Assembly (NCBI GenBank): GCA_951406725.2
Contig: OX597818.1
Span: 132,370,001 to 132,434,000, forward strand
Direction: 5' to 3'
DNA length: 64,000 nt
DNA from: Octopus vulgaris
Taxonomy: Eukaryota
Shown here: positions 40,662 through 53,104 of the stretch, one piece after another
How the letters are laid out: every line of letters begins with the position of its first letter
Numbering within the stretch: position 1 is the first letter of the stretch
Made by a program: the position numbers and the translations under genes
Notes under the pieces: model-generated
Told to the model about the DNA's origin: nothing
Database searches by the model: none
Seen by the model: the letters and a program-made list of their open reading frames with translations, nothing else

Positions 40662-41369
40662 TTAAAATTACTAAGTCTCTCTAAAAGAGATTACGGCAGC
40701 GTTACTGGATATTAATAGTTATCGCCTTACTAATATGGCAGTCAAAATATAAGACTAAAGCTGTCGCTGATTAGCTCCAAGAGGCCACCGCCTCTAGCTA
40801 GCTATATGACACACGAACCTGTGTCCATTACAACCTTCGAACAGGGGAGGTCAGCCGCTTCACCTTGCTAGTCAGACATCTGCAGACATGTTTCAGGGTC
40901 GTTGTCCTTTATCAATGCAGTGTAGTCAGAACCAGCAGGTGTCGCTACTGACCGTCTGTTCGAAGATTTTATTTACCTAGTTACAGTGGAATACATCCAC
41001 TTGTTTTCCGTAATAGAAATATTAAAATTACTAAGTCTCACTAAAAGAGATTACGGCAGCGTTACTGGATATTAATAATTATCGCCATACTAATATGGCA
41101 GTCTAAATATAAGACTAAAGCTGTCGCTGATTAGCTCCAAGAGGCCACCGCCTCTAGCTAGCTATATGACACACGAACCTGCGTCCATTACAACCTTGTC
41201 TGCAGATGTCTGACTAGCAAGGTGAAGCGGCTGACCTACCCTGTTCAAAGGTTGTAATGGACGCAGGTTCGTGTGTCATATAGCTAGCTAGAGGCGGTGG
41301 CCTCTTGGAGCTAATCAGCGACAGCTTTTGTCTTATATTTAGACTGCCATATTAGTATGGCGATAACTA

Positions 41370-41376
<7 letters not shown>
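40654..41376 (-). mobile_element. PLE-type pseudo-LTR remnant (direct plus inverted repeats) between (TA)n tracts
   Basis: 40654-40837 repeated at 41014-41197; 41197-41376 is an inverted copy of about 40719-40888; hammerhead at 40880-40920. Confidence 0.8.
40880..40920 (-). ncRNA. Minimal hammerhead motif, U3-A8 variant
   Basis: Minus: CTGCA-TTGATAA-AGG-acaacgac-CCT-GAAAC-AT-GTC-TGCAG; stem III palindrome ACATGT. Confidence 0.75.
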
Positions 41377-41413
<37 letters not shown>

Positions 41414-41837
41414 CACACACACATATATATATAACAAATTAATAAATAAAACATATGCATATATACATACATATATGTACGTACCTACATCTACATTCAT
41501 ATATGGGTACAGGACACCAAAAAACGTCGAACACAATGAGAAACGTAAACATAACACAAAACCAAGGAACTGGACATTTTTCTTAAACAACGAAAAAAAA
41601 AGGAAAATGTAGAGTAATACACATTTATAGGGGGAAAGTAAGAAAAAAATTAGCGAAAATGCACATTAGAAATCAAAAAAGTAAAGGCTTCTTATGAAAA
41701 GTAACGATAAATATATACAATTACATGAACTGAGGTAGGAATAAAAGTAATAAAAGTCATTATTGTGAATTGTTAAAGAGATTCAAAAGCATACCAGTTT
41801 CGTGAATTTACTAATCATTGCTTTGAATGCACACATT

Positions 41838-41929
<92 letters not shown>

Positions 41930-42340
41930 TTAATATAAATTTGAGTGATGTTTCTCTGTCTGTTAAAGTTTTATGAGACCGTTGTTGTAAGGACAACGAA
42001 ACTGAAACCAGCAAATAATCTAATCCGAGGGAATGTCCTAATGGGTTCTTTTTGTTTTTAATTGCCAACTAATATTGGGCCACATTGATACCAGTATTTT
42101 TACTGCATTTACTTCACTCCTACGCTTATTGATTAAACTATGATCAGCATTTGTGCTTAGCACATTTGTAAAAATAAATTTCACTAAACAAGGGTAGAGG
42201 GCCCGAAGTCCTCTAAGGTGCTCTCTGCAGGATCTAGCTTCAATGCCTTCAAGTTTAGTGTGTATATATATATATATATATATATATGAAAAAACAAGTA
42301 AAAAATAGAAAATGCTAAAATAATTTTATAGTGAACATTT

Positions 42341-42378
42341 CAGTACCGGTTTCGGTCATTTTGAGACCTTTTCAACTG
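42341..42378 (-). ncRNA. Minimal hammerhead motif, U3-A8 variant
   Basis: Minus: CAG-TTGAAAA-GGTC-tcaaaat-GACC-GAAAC-CG-GTA-CTG; stem III palindrome ACCGGT; insert 42288-42505 bounded by (TA)n. Confidence 0.75.
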
Positions 42379-42526
42379 TAACGATTAAATAATTAAATTT
42401 AGAAAAATTAGAAGAAAAGTTTTTTTAAAAGAATATTTCTATAGTAGTGTTCAGATTTAAGTGGCATTCTGCCTTTCTCTGACTCCCTTGTTTGCACTTG
42501 TGTATAGATATATATATATATATAGT

Positions 42527-42915
42527 GGCAGGAGTGGCTGTGCGGTAAGTAGCTTGCTTACCAACCACATGGTTCCGGATTCAGTCCCACTGCGTGGCAT
42601 CTCGGGCAAGTATCTTCTACTATAGCCTCGGGCCGACCAATGCCTTGTGAGTGAATTTGGTAGACAGAAACTGAAAGAAGCCTGTCGTATATATGTATAT
42701 ATATATGTGTGTGTGTCTGTGTTTGTATGTCTGTGTTTGTCCCCCTAGCATTGCTTGACAACCGATGCTGGTGTGTTTACGTCCCCGTCACTTAGCGGTT
42801 CGGCAAAAGAGACCGATAGAATAAGTACTGGGCTTACAAAAGAATAAGTCCCGGGGTCGAGTTGCTCGATTAAAGGCGGTGCTCCAGCATGGCCGTAGTC
42901 ACATGACTGAAAAAG
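42527..42915 (+). mobile_element. SINE family A
   Basis: Near full-length copy. Confidence 0.92.
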
Positions 42916-42918
42916 GTA

Positions 42919-42989
<71 letters not shown>

Positions 42990-43666
42990 CATTTGTATGT
43001 GTGTGTGTGTATACAATAACAGTACCGAATAGTAAAGTTTATATGGCAGCAGAATGTGTAAGTCCTATAAAGAACGATGTTACTGCTGCATTTGCGAGTG
43101 AACAAAGCTTTCGTCACTAGCCTGTGGTTGCCTCACACGGAGGGCAGGTAACTAACAAGAAACCTGGGTCTGTGAGTATCACGTAAGGTTAGGGGTGGGA
43201 GCGATGACCTCACTTGCAAATGCTATGCGGACACAGACTGTGTGTCAACATTCATCTATAACCACCCCTTTCTCTCATTTACATGTAGAAATTCACACAT
43301 ACATGTTGAGATGCATGATATTGAAATATATATATGTAGTTATATATAATTGTATGAGTGTACATAGATTAAAACGTATGTACGTATGTGTAGTTGTATG
43401 TGTGTGTATGTGTTGTGTGACTATATGTGGGTGTATGAGTGTGTACATGCATGCACGTATGAGTATGTGTGTAGACATATGTATTGTATATGTATGTGTG
43501 TGTATGTATGCATGTATATATATGTGTGTATATATATATAATAAAATACACATACACACATAAATAGGAGGTAATTACCATGAGTGCCTTTGGATACATC
43601 TATCCCTTAGAGGGTTTAAACACATCTAACTTATATCTTTCGTAATATATATGTATGTATGTATGC

Positions 43667-43729
<63 letters not shown>

Positions 43730-43868
43730 CCGAAATTGCGAGGATGATCCGGCCCTTGACTGAAGATTAGAGGCTTCGAATGACCCGTCCGTTTTCGTAT
43801 CGTCTATTTGAATGTTTTGCGTTCTTGTCCCATTTCATATATTTTTTATACACACACACACAGACACA

Positions 43869-43943
<75 letters not shown>

Positions 43944-44072
43944 AGATGGATAAACGTATATGTGCGTATACTTTAAGATTATACGTATATTTATGAGTGT
44001 GTATAAGTGTCTATATGATTGTGCGTGTTTGTATATATGTGTAAGGTTACTTTCTCAGATGCCGCACGGAAT

Positions 44073-44123
44073 TTTGTCAGTGAACAGGTCGTCGTCTCAA
44101 AGCGACGAAAATATTTTGGCAAA
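44073..44123 (+). ncRNA. Minimal hammerhead motif, G3-C8 variant
   Basis: TTTGTCA-GTGAACA-g-GTCGT-cgtctcaaa-GCGAC-GAAA-A-TA-TTT-TGGCAAA; 7-bp stem I, stem III palindrome AATATT. Confidence 0.7.
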
Positions 44124-45365
44124 TTAAATTTAAATGTCGAATTGAATCTAACGGATGTTTGTGTGTTTTTAAATGGCTTATAAACACCTTCCTCGCTGCA
44201 ATTGTGTATGTATATATATAGTGTAATAAATAAAATATATGCATACATACAACATATATGTACGTACCTACATCTACATGTATATATACATGCATATATA
44301 AATATATATACACGTGAGTACAGGACACTACAACTAGACGTAGAACTCAACGAGAAACGAAAAACGAAAACGGAAAAACCAATTTTTTTACAAAAGAAAA
44401 ACAGAGTACAGGACAAGCTACACAAGGAAAAATCCCCTATCATCAGCTGTCACTAGTTCGGCTCCAGCGTGTTTCGAAGGATATATATATATACATTTGG
44501 ATATATATACAAATGCATTTGTATAAATACATTTGCGTTTGTGCGTGTGTGTGTGTGTGTGTGTTATTGTTTTTATGTTGTGAATTATAATCTTAACGTA
44601 TTACATATAATTTACATTGGGAAATGGTTTTTTAAGACAAAATCTTATCGTACAGATAGGAAACTTTTTATTTGTTATGTAATATTTCATTTAAATAAAT
44701 ACTTTTAATAATGATAGAAACTTTGCTTAATTCTATATATAAATTAAATTAATTATATAATAAGTTTAACTAATTTGTGTGTATATATTCGAACCATTTT
44801 TTATTTTTAATTCTTGTAGTTATAGTTTGTAGTAGTATTATGTATATAAGTTAGCATGAAGTTTTTTTAGCATATATTACATAATTAGAATAAAATGTAA
44901 CTTAGCTGTTTATTAAATAAATACATAAATAGATAATTTAATAGATATTGGTTAAATTATAGTATTTTAGTTTCACTTAATGTATTTTATATAGATATAT
45001 TTTGTTTTAATTACTTGTATTTTAATTTCCCAGTAATGATATACTATAGTTTGTTATTTTTTTTCTTCTATAAGCTAAAATATATTTTTATAGATCAAAT
45101 AAATATTTCTATCTATTTTTTCTAGTTTTATTTACACCACGTTTTTAACGAGATAAATTTATTATAAACACTAAGTCCAATGTATTAAGTTTAAAGATTT
45201 AGTTAACAGAATATATTTGATAAGATATTTCGTGTTTTTGTTTTAAGATATATTGTTGAATTTTGTTCGATTTTTTATTGAAAAATAACCTATTATTATA
45301 TATATTTATATTTTCTTATAAGATAATATACGTACATTTATTTAATTATTTTATTGTTTTTATCT

Positions 45366-45450
45366 TGGACCTGATGAGTGACTATATTTAAAATTAATTG
45401 ATTTTATTGTTATCAATATGAAAATAGAGCCACGAAACACGTGTAGTCTA
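45366..45450 (+). ncRNA. Type-I hammerhead ribozyme, intact core
   Basis: TGGAC-CTGATGA-GTG..CAC-GAAAC-ACGT-GTA-GTCTA; palindromic stem III ACACGTGT; partial inverted copy at 46594-46666. Confidence 0.88.
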
Positions 45451-46757
45451 TTTACTAATTATATACTATTTATTTATTATTTCGTACTTTATTTAGTTCT
45501 AGGTAAATGTTTTATCGTATCTTTAATTTTTTCTATATGGTATGATTTAAGTATGTCATTGCTGAATTGCTACATGCTGGTTCTTCTCTAATTTATATAT
45601 ATATATATATTGATATGGAGGTCAGTTCGGAAAAAGAAAATAAGAGTGTTATGACCCACTTTTGCTGGTTTGTAGTCGTAGAGTCTAGGATAAAAAGTTA
45701 TTGCCTTTTATTCTGCCATTTTCTGGAGAGATTAATGTTTTTGGAAGAGACCTTTGACCCTTCTCCGGCCAGGGAAAGTTTAAGGAACCACCCTTTAAAA
45801 TGCGGTGAGCTGTGTGCTTGTTGGTCAGTTCGGCCGGAGACAGTGAATTGGCAACAGGGCAGTTTAGGAGTTCTGCCTCAGACGGCAAAGGGGCCGGAGG
45901 AGACAGTCAGTTGGCAAAAGACAGCAGCCAAGAAGGTGGCGATGGCGAGAGGATGACAACGTTGAGAAAGACAGACAGATAACACAGAGGATTGAGAGCG
46001 AAAGGGAGATTACGGCGTGAAGGCATTGGCTATTCGTAGTGGGAGTTTCTGAAATTGTTGCAGACTGGAAAACGTTCGGTAAAGTTTTGTTTGTGTCTTT
46101 TGGTTGTTGAATTTTGATGTGAAATGTAAAAGAAAGAATTGTGACGTAAATTGTAATCTGTGATGAAGAGAAAAAAAAAAGAATTGTTGAACTAAAAAAG
46201 GGAATTGATGTGTCAAAAAAAGAAAGAAGGAAAAGAGGAAGAAAAGAAATGAGATTGTAAAGAACGTTGTGAAAAGAGTTGTTGAAAAGAAAGAGAAAGA
46301 CTTTAATGTAGAACATTGAACTGTTTTGATTTGTCTCCTGACTTGCTGTATCGTGAACATTATTTGTTTTGATTGTTTTCGATTTTGTTATTTTCTTTAA
46401 TGTATCTGCTATATTTCACATTGTATTTGACGTCGTAATAATGGTTATAAACTGTTCTTAAATGTAAGCATTTCGCCTTCCGCCGTGTCTCTCTTCCTCC
46501 TCCTGTTGTTGTTGTTGTTGTTATCTCCGGTCGCCGGTTCGAGTTCGTTGCCGTCCCCCCTCCACCACCGTTTTCTCTCTCTGTGGCGATTCATTTTAAA
46601 TATAGTCACTCATCAGGTCTAAGATAAAAACAATAAAATAATTAAATAAATGTACGTATATTATCTCTCTCTGTTCGACTGGGCCGGTCAATCGTCGTCG
46701 CTCGACTTGGTAGGGTCCCGGGTTCGAAGTTTGAGCGACGGCAGGTGGTTTCGTAAC

Positions 46758-46799
<42 letters not shown>

Positions 46800-47302
46800 A
46801 TATGATGTGAAATCGTGGGTGGAAACAGATATTGTTGTATTTGGGGATGGAAGGTTGCCAGTTTAGCCGATATTGGCTAAACTGGCAACATGACCATCCT
46901 CGATTTCACATCAAGAATCTTGCAAAACGAATATATAAACGTATATATTTATATATATATATATATATATCATGTGATCCACCAGGCTACTGGATTATTG
47001 TTATACATCGCCGGTCACAATGTGCTTTGCATTGATTTAATTTTCGAATTAAAGCCACCCCGCTGGCTAGGAGAGCGAGCTCACATTTTTCTCTGATCGG
47101 AAGGCTAGTCCATGGCAGGGTTACCCATTTACTGCTGAGTGGATTGGGTGAATGTGAAATTAAGTGTTTTGCTGAAGAGCACAACTCACTGCTCAGTGTG
47201 GAATTCGAACTCATGATCTGGTCATCGTGAGTGCAACAACCTAATCACTAGGCCACTCACCTTCCCACCTATACATGCATACATACACACACACATATAA
47301 TG

Positions 47303-47392
<90 letters not shown>

Positions 47393-47403
47393 GTAATAAT
47401 AAT

Positions 47404-47923
47404 GTACATGATAAAACTGATTGGAAGTGTTATCATGTACATTGTGTTGTCTTGGTATAAAAGATGGGCTACAGCAAATATTCTGCTCAATACCACAGAT
47501 TTGCTTGTCAGTTGTTTGACCTTAACCAGTTGAGCATGTCCCTTGGTGGCTGACGATATGTGCATCTCTGATCACGAGCAGAAGTAGTGGGGGAGCATCA
47601 TAGCCGTGTGTTGAGAGGGATTCTTTGGGGTTTGAATGATTCATCTCTGGAAACATAGGTGTTTCGTTCAACATCCTTAAACAACCCTTAATCAGGGACC
47701 TTTTGAGTGGGATGGGTTACCCAACCAGAAGAAAATTCTAACTGAGCCCCACCCGCAAGGTCATGCGCTGTTTATCCTGTTAGAGATCACCATGTCGCGC
47801 ACATATGGTTGTGATGCATATGCCTGGTGTACCCTTATCAGACGGGTAGTCATGATGGGTATACTGGGCTTCGTATATTTTACCCCAGTGTCACTTTGAT
47901 GGCATGCACTGCTCTCTCACTCA
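47404..47923. mobile_element. Unclassified 520-bp element inserted in an (AAT)n tract
   Basis: Complex, higher-GC sequence bounded by (aat)n at 47297-47403 and 47923-47936. Confidence 0.5.
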
Positions 47924-48450
47924 ATAATAATAATAACTAGCTGGACACGTGAAAAATTCACGGAAAATATAAAAAATGTAAGCATCTATAAACAGTGTAC
48001 TGGTGTCATGAGAAATGTTTGTATATTATGACCGTCTGTCTTTACGTTCTGAGTTCAAATTCTGCCGGGGTCGACTTTGCCTTTCGTCCCTTGGGGCTCG
48101 ATAAATTAAGTACCAGTTGAGTACCGGGGTCGGCTAATCAACTGGCCCCCTCCCCACAAAAATTTCAGGCCTAGGAAACTATATTGTGATAGAGAATATA
48201 GAAAGTAATGTAATAGCAGTGACTATATAATCCAACCAAAATATCTTAGTTACCCAAACGTAAACGGAATTACTATTTAACCTTAAAATACATCGTACAT
48301 ATTCTTGGCTTAGTATTTTTCTGGTATTCTTTTATTCTTTTACTTGTTTCAGTCATTTGAAATTGAGTAACTACCAAATGTTTATCGGCCTCTTTAGTTA
48401 TCGTTTCTTTTTTCTTTTTTTCAGTTTTTTTTTCCAGATATACTTTATAT

Positions 48451-48758
48451 GACCGTGATCACCGTGACCGACCAGGCTATCAGATGCTGTTACACATCGC
48501 TGATCACAATGCGCTTCGCATTGTTTTAGCCTTCAAATGACGTCACCCCGCTGGCTAAGCGAGAAGGCCAACAGAAGAAAGAGTGAAAGTTGTGGCGAAA
48601 GAGTACAGTAGGGATCGCCACCACCATCCCCTGCCGGAGCCTCGTGGAGTTTTAGGTGTTTTCGCTCAATAAACACTCACAACGCCCTGTCTGGGAATCG
48701 AAACCACGATCCTACGACCGCGAGTCCGCTGCCCTAACCACTAGGCCATTGCGCCTCC
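48451..48758 (-). mobile_element. SINE family B (B2)
   Basis: Full length; TSD atactttatat at 48440-48450 and 48759-48769. Confidence 0.93.
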
Positions 48759-49022
48759 ATACTTTATATATACACAGAAAATGTCGCCATACATTCAATG
48801 ACAACTATGGCAATAGAAAGAAAATATGGGAGAAATGGTGATAATGAAACGTACAGATATATTGACAAATAGAAGAATTGAACTTAAAACTAACGACAGC
48901 TATGTCTGCAGAACAAACATAAATGCTGTAAACATGGATGTGCGAGGATTCGACACCAAATCAGAAGAAGAAAAGAAGACTTAAAAATTTATTAGTAACA
49001 CATAATATAGATACTTCTTGGT

Positions 49023-49400
49023 GGAGGCGCAATGGCCCAGTGGTTAGGGCAGCGGACTCGCAGTCGTAGGATCGCGGTTTCGATTCCCAGACCGGGCGTT
49101 GTGAGTGTTTATTGAGCGAAAACACCTAAAGCTCCACGAGGCTCCGGCAGGGGATGGTGGTGATCCCTGCTGTACTCTTTCACCACAACTTTCTCTCACT
49201 CTTACTTCCTGTTTCGGTTGTACCTGTATTTTCAAGGCCTTGTCACTCTCTGTGTCATGCTGAATATCCCCGAGAACTACGTTAAGGGTGCACGTGTCTG
49301 TGGAGTGCTCAGCCACTTACACGTTAATTTCACGAGCAGGCTGTTCCGTTGATTCGGATCAACCGGAACCCTCGTGGTCGTATCCGACGGAGTGCTTCCA
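49023..49400 (+). mobile_element. SINE family B (B1)
   Basis: Full length; TSD atagatactt(c/g)ttggt. Confidence 0.93.
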
Positions 49401-49580
49401 ATAGATACTTGTTGGTTCCTATCTGAGTAAGATCGATCTAGAGGAAATAGTTATTATCTAGCTTCAAAAATGTTCCTACTCTATTTTCCAGATTGTGTTT
49501 TGGAAAACTTGGGGCCAGGGTTAGCATTGTATTGGTGAAGATTGTAACTATTTGTTTACATTTGATAAATATCATCACAT

Positions 49581-49848
49581 TCTTTTACACTTTTACTTGT
49601 TTCAGTCATTTGACATCGGCCATGCTGGAGCACCGCCTTTAGTCGAATCAAATCGACCCCAGGACTTATTCTTTTTTGCAGAGCCGCTAAATTACGGGGA
49701 CCTAAACACACCAGCATCGGTTGCCAAGTGATGTTGAGGGAACAAACACTGATACACAACACATACACGAGCGTTATACTAATACATCTGTTTGTTTTGT
49801 ACACCACCGGTCTTCGTCTTTTGTTTTTTTCGTAAACTCTCCCCATAC

Positions 49849-49881
<33 letters not shown>

Positions 49882-50031
49882 TACGACTGGCTTCTTTCAG
49901 TTTCCGTCTACCAAATCCACTCACAAGGCTTTGGTCAACCCAAGGCTATAGTAGAAGACACTTGCTCAAGGTGCCACGCAGTGGGACTGAACCCGGAACC
50001 ATGTGGTTGGTAAGCAAGCCACTCCTGCGCC
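49581..50031 (-). mobile_element. SINE family A carrying a PLE-end fragment (49768-49847) in its internal TA tract
   Basis: Inserted gagcgttatactaatacatctgtttgttttgtacaccacc matches 39043-39118. Confidence 0.85.
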
Positions 50032-50472
50032 TATATGCTGATGATTTTCCATAATCCAACGATTTTTTCTCTCTTACATCCATGATTGTCTTATTTTCCA
50101 TTTGTTTATATCTGTCTATTTATTTAGTATATCCAGTCGTGGAAAAGGAATATAGACAGGCGTTTATTTATCAAAACGATCATCCATTACTTTTTAGTAA
50201 ATATTCTCTCCCAATACCCATAACTACGTCTGAGGGTATCCTGTCAATGCTTGCCTAATATAATACATTCAACCGTAAGTTTTAGGAACAAATCGATTTA
50301 CTGTCGAAACATTTTATTAATAATGGATATCTTTCAAGTGAAGATTATTTCATGCGGAGTCTATAAAAGATGAAGAAAGTGAGGAGGTATGAGGTGAATA
50401 TGTTTATTTCCCCAGTTAATGACCATAAGATGACAGCCGTTTCGCAGCTAACATCATGCAAAAAATTATTTA

Positions 50473-50857
50473 TTTTACTCTTTTACTTGTTTCAGTCATT
50501 TGACTGCGGCCATGCTGGAGCACCGTCTTTAGTCGAGCAAATCGACCCCGGGACTTATTCTTTGTAAGCCCAGTACTTATTCTATCGTTCTCTTTTGCCG
50601 AACCGCTAAGTCGGTTGTCAAGCATTGCTAGGGGGACAAACACAGACACACAAACATATACACACACACACACTTATATATATATACATATATACGACAG
50701 GCTTCTTTCAGTTTCCGTCTACCAAATCCACTCACAAGGCATTGGTCGGCCCGGGGCTATAGCAGAAGACACTTGCCCAAGATGTCACGCAGTGGGACTG
50801 AACCCGGAACCATGTGGTTGGTTAGCAAGCTAACTTACCACACAGCCACTCCTGCGC
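50473..50857 (-). mobile_element. SINE family A
   Basis: Reverse copy with a small internal deletion. Confidence 0.92.
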
Positions 50858-51088
50858 TTATAGGATTTTTTTTTTGTACATTAAATCTATTTTTCAGGTA
50901 TTTGTATTTTTCACTGTCTTCACTTAGAATATATTAACATGGCTACTACTATACTCACTAGCTGCAGCATCATGTACCGACTTAAAATAATTTAGCTGCA
51001 AATGGAGACGGTCCTGGAATATTTTTATCTTATTCACATATCCAACAAAGGGCTCTTTTGTCACTTTATACTATTTGTCATAATGATA

Positions 51089-51472
51089 GGCGCAGGAGTG
51101 GCTGTGTGGTAAGCAGCATGCTTACCAACCACATGGTTTCGGGTTCAGTCCCACTGCGTGGCACCTTGGGCAAGTGTCTTCTACTATAGCCTCGGGCCGA
51201 CCAAAGCCTTGTGAGTGGATTTGGTAGACGGAAACTGAAAGAAACCCGTCGTATATATGTGTATGTGTATGTTTGTGTGTCTGTGTTTGTCCCCCCAACA
51301 TCGCTTGACAACCGATGCTGGTGACTTTACGTCCCCGTAACCTAGCAGTTCGGCAAAAGAGACCGATAGAATAAGTACTAGGCTTACAAAGAATAAGTCA
51401 TGGGGGCGATTTTCTCGACTAAAGGTGATGCTCCAGCATGGCCACAGTCATATGGCTGAAACAAGTAAAAGT
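51089..51472 (+). mobile_element. SINE family A
   Basis: Full-length copy. Confidence 0.92.
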
Positions 51473-51730
51473 ACCAAGGAAAATGTACTTTATAATTTCA
51501 CATTTCTTTGGTAATTGATAAAATGTTCTTTTTTTTTTACCTTTTCTGAGGTTGTCTTTCTTGGTTTTGCTGTTGATGATATTGCTGTTGTTCCACTTTG
51601 TATCCAGGTTAACCCTTAACATGAAAACTTACAAGCTAAGGCGTTCCAACCGTAACCACCCTGTATTTTAAAGTAGATTGCCTAATGTTTGTTCTTTACC
51701 TATTCAATACAGTGTAATAAAATTTAATGT

Positions 51731-52121
51731 GGAGGCGCAATGGCCCAGTGGTTAGGGCAGTGAACTCGCGGTCGGAGGATCGCGGTTTCGATTCCCAGAC
51801 CGGGCATTGTGTGTGTTTATTGAGCGAAAACACCTAAAGCTCCACGAGGCTCCGGCAGGGGGTGGTGGCGACCCCTGTTGTACTCTTTCGCCTCAACTTT
51901 CTCTCACTCCACTCTTACTTCCTGTTTCTGTTGTACCTGTATTTCAAGGGGCCGGCCTTGTCACTCTCTGTGTCACGCTGAATATCCCTGAGAACTACGT
52001 TAAGGGTGCACGTGTCTGTGGAGTGCTCAGCCACTTACACGTTAATTTCACGAGCAAGCTGTTCCAATGATTCGGATCAACAGGAACCCTCATCGTCGTA
52101 ACCGACGGAGTGCTTCCATCC
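51731..52121 (+). mobile_element. SINE family B (B1)
   Basis: Full length; aataaaattta on both flanks. Confidence 0.92.
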
Positions 52122-53064
52122 AATAAAATTTACTGCAGAATATCTCGATATTCCTTCCCCGTGGAAGGACTTACAACGCAAAAACTTACCCATTGGTTCG
52201 GTGTTATTGACGCGTTTGAAGTCTTCGTATGCAGCCATGTTGTTTGTAGTGATTCTCGACATGGCGAATTCAAGTTTGAAACAAAAATCCTGGTGATCTC
52301 GAGTTTTCAATGTGTGTGTTCAAAACAATAAGCAGTTATTTAACAAGACTGATAATTGTGGCATTAATTCTGTAGATGATAGCCATGAAAAACTCAATAT
52401 ATTTGTGTTTGTAAATTAGAATGTATTAGAAGTAATTTTGTGGTACGTAATATTAATATTCCAATTTATGGAGATTAATGAAATATTTATGGAGTTTTAA
52501 TGAAGTATTTATTTAAACAGAAGTATTTATTTTATTTTATTTTATTCGTGCATTTATCTTCTATTTATTTACTTATTTATATACTATTTTTGCGCATGCT
52601 TTTGTATACATATCTATAAATGATGATTTCAAATTGAAAGTCGTGTAATGCTTTAGTCTATCGTCCTCGGTTTTTCAAATTACATTGAATTCATAATTCT
52701 ATGTTTGTAATGACATTCTCTTCCATATGAAATTTATTTGTATCATTCTATCATTCTAAATTCTAACTGTAAAATATATTAGAATATGATACAAATGTTA
52801 GGAATCGCCGAAATTGTTTAGAAGTAACGGCTTCGAACTTAAAATATTATCAGTTTCTGAGGATCCTGATATGAAAACAGTTTCTTTGCCTGCACACTTA
52901 GAATTCATGCATACATATATGTATATACATAAATAAAAGTATATATAATCCGTTTTTAATCCAATATTTACATGTTATTCTTTATAACTATTCCACTTTG
53001 AGTTCAACTATTAAATATGAATTGTTTCACGTTCTCCCGAAGTTTCTAAATTCTGACGATGTCG

Positions 53065-53099
<35 letters not shown>

Positions 53100-53104
<5 letters not shown>

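Noticed and set aside
44436-44480. Hammerhead from minus-strand GAAAC followed by CTGATGA
   Set aside because: Order and pairing do not give stems I-III or an NUH site
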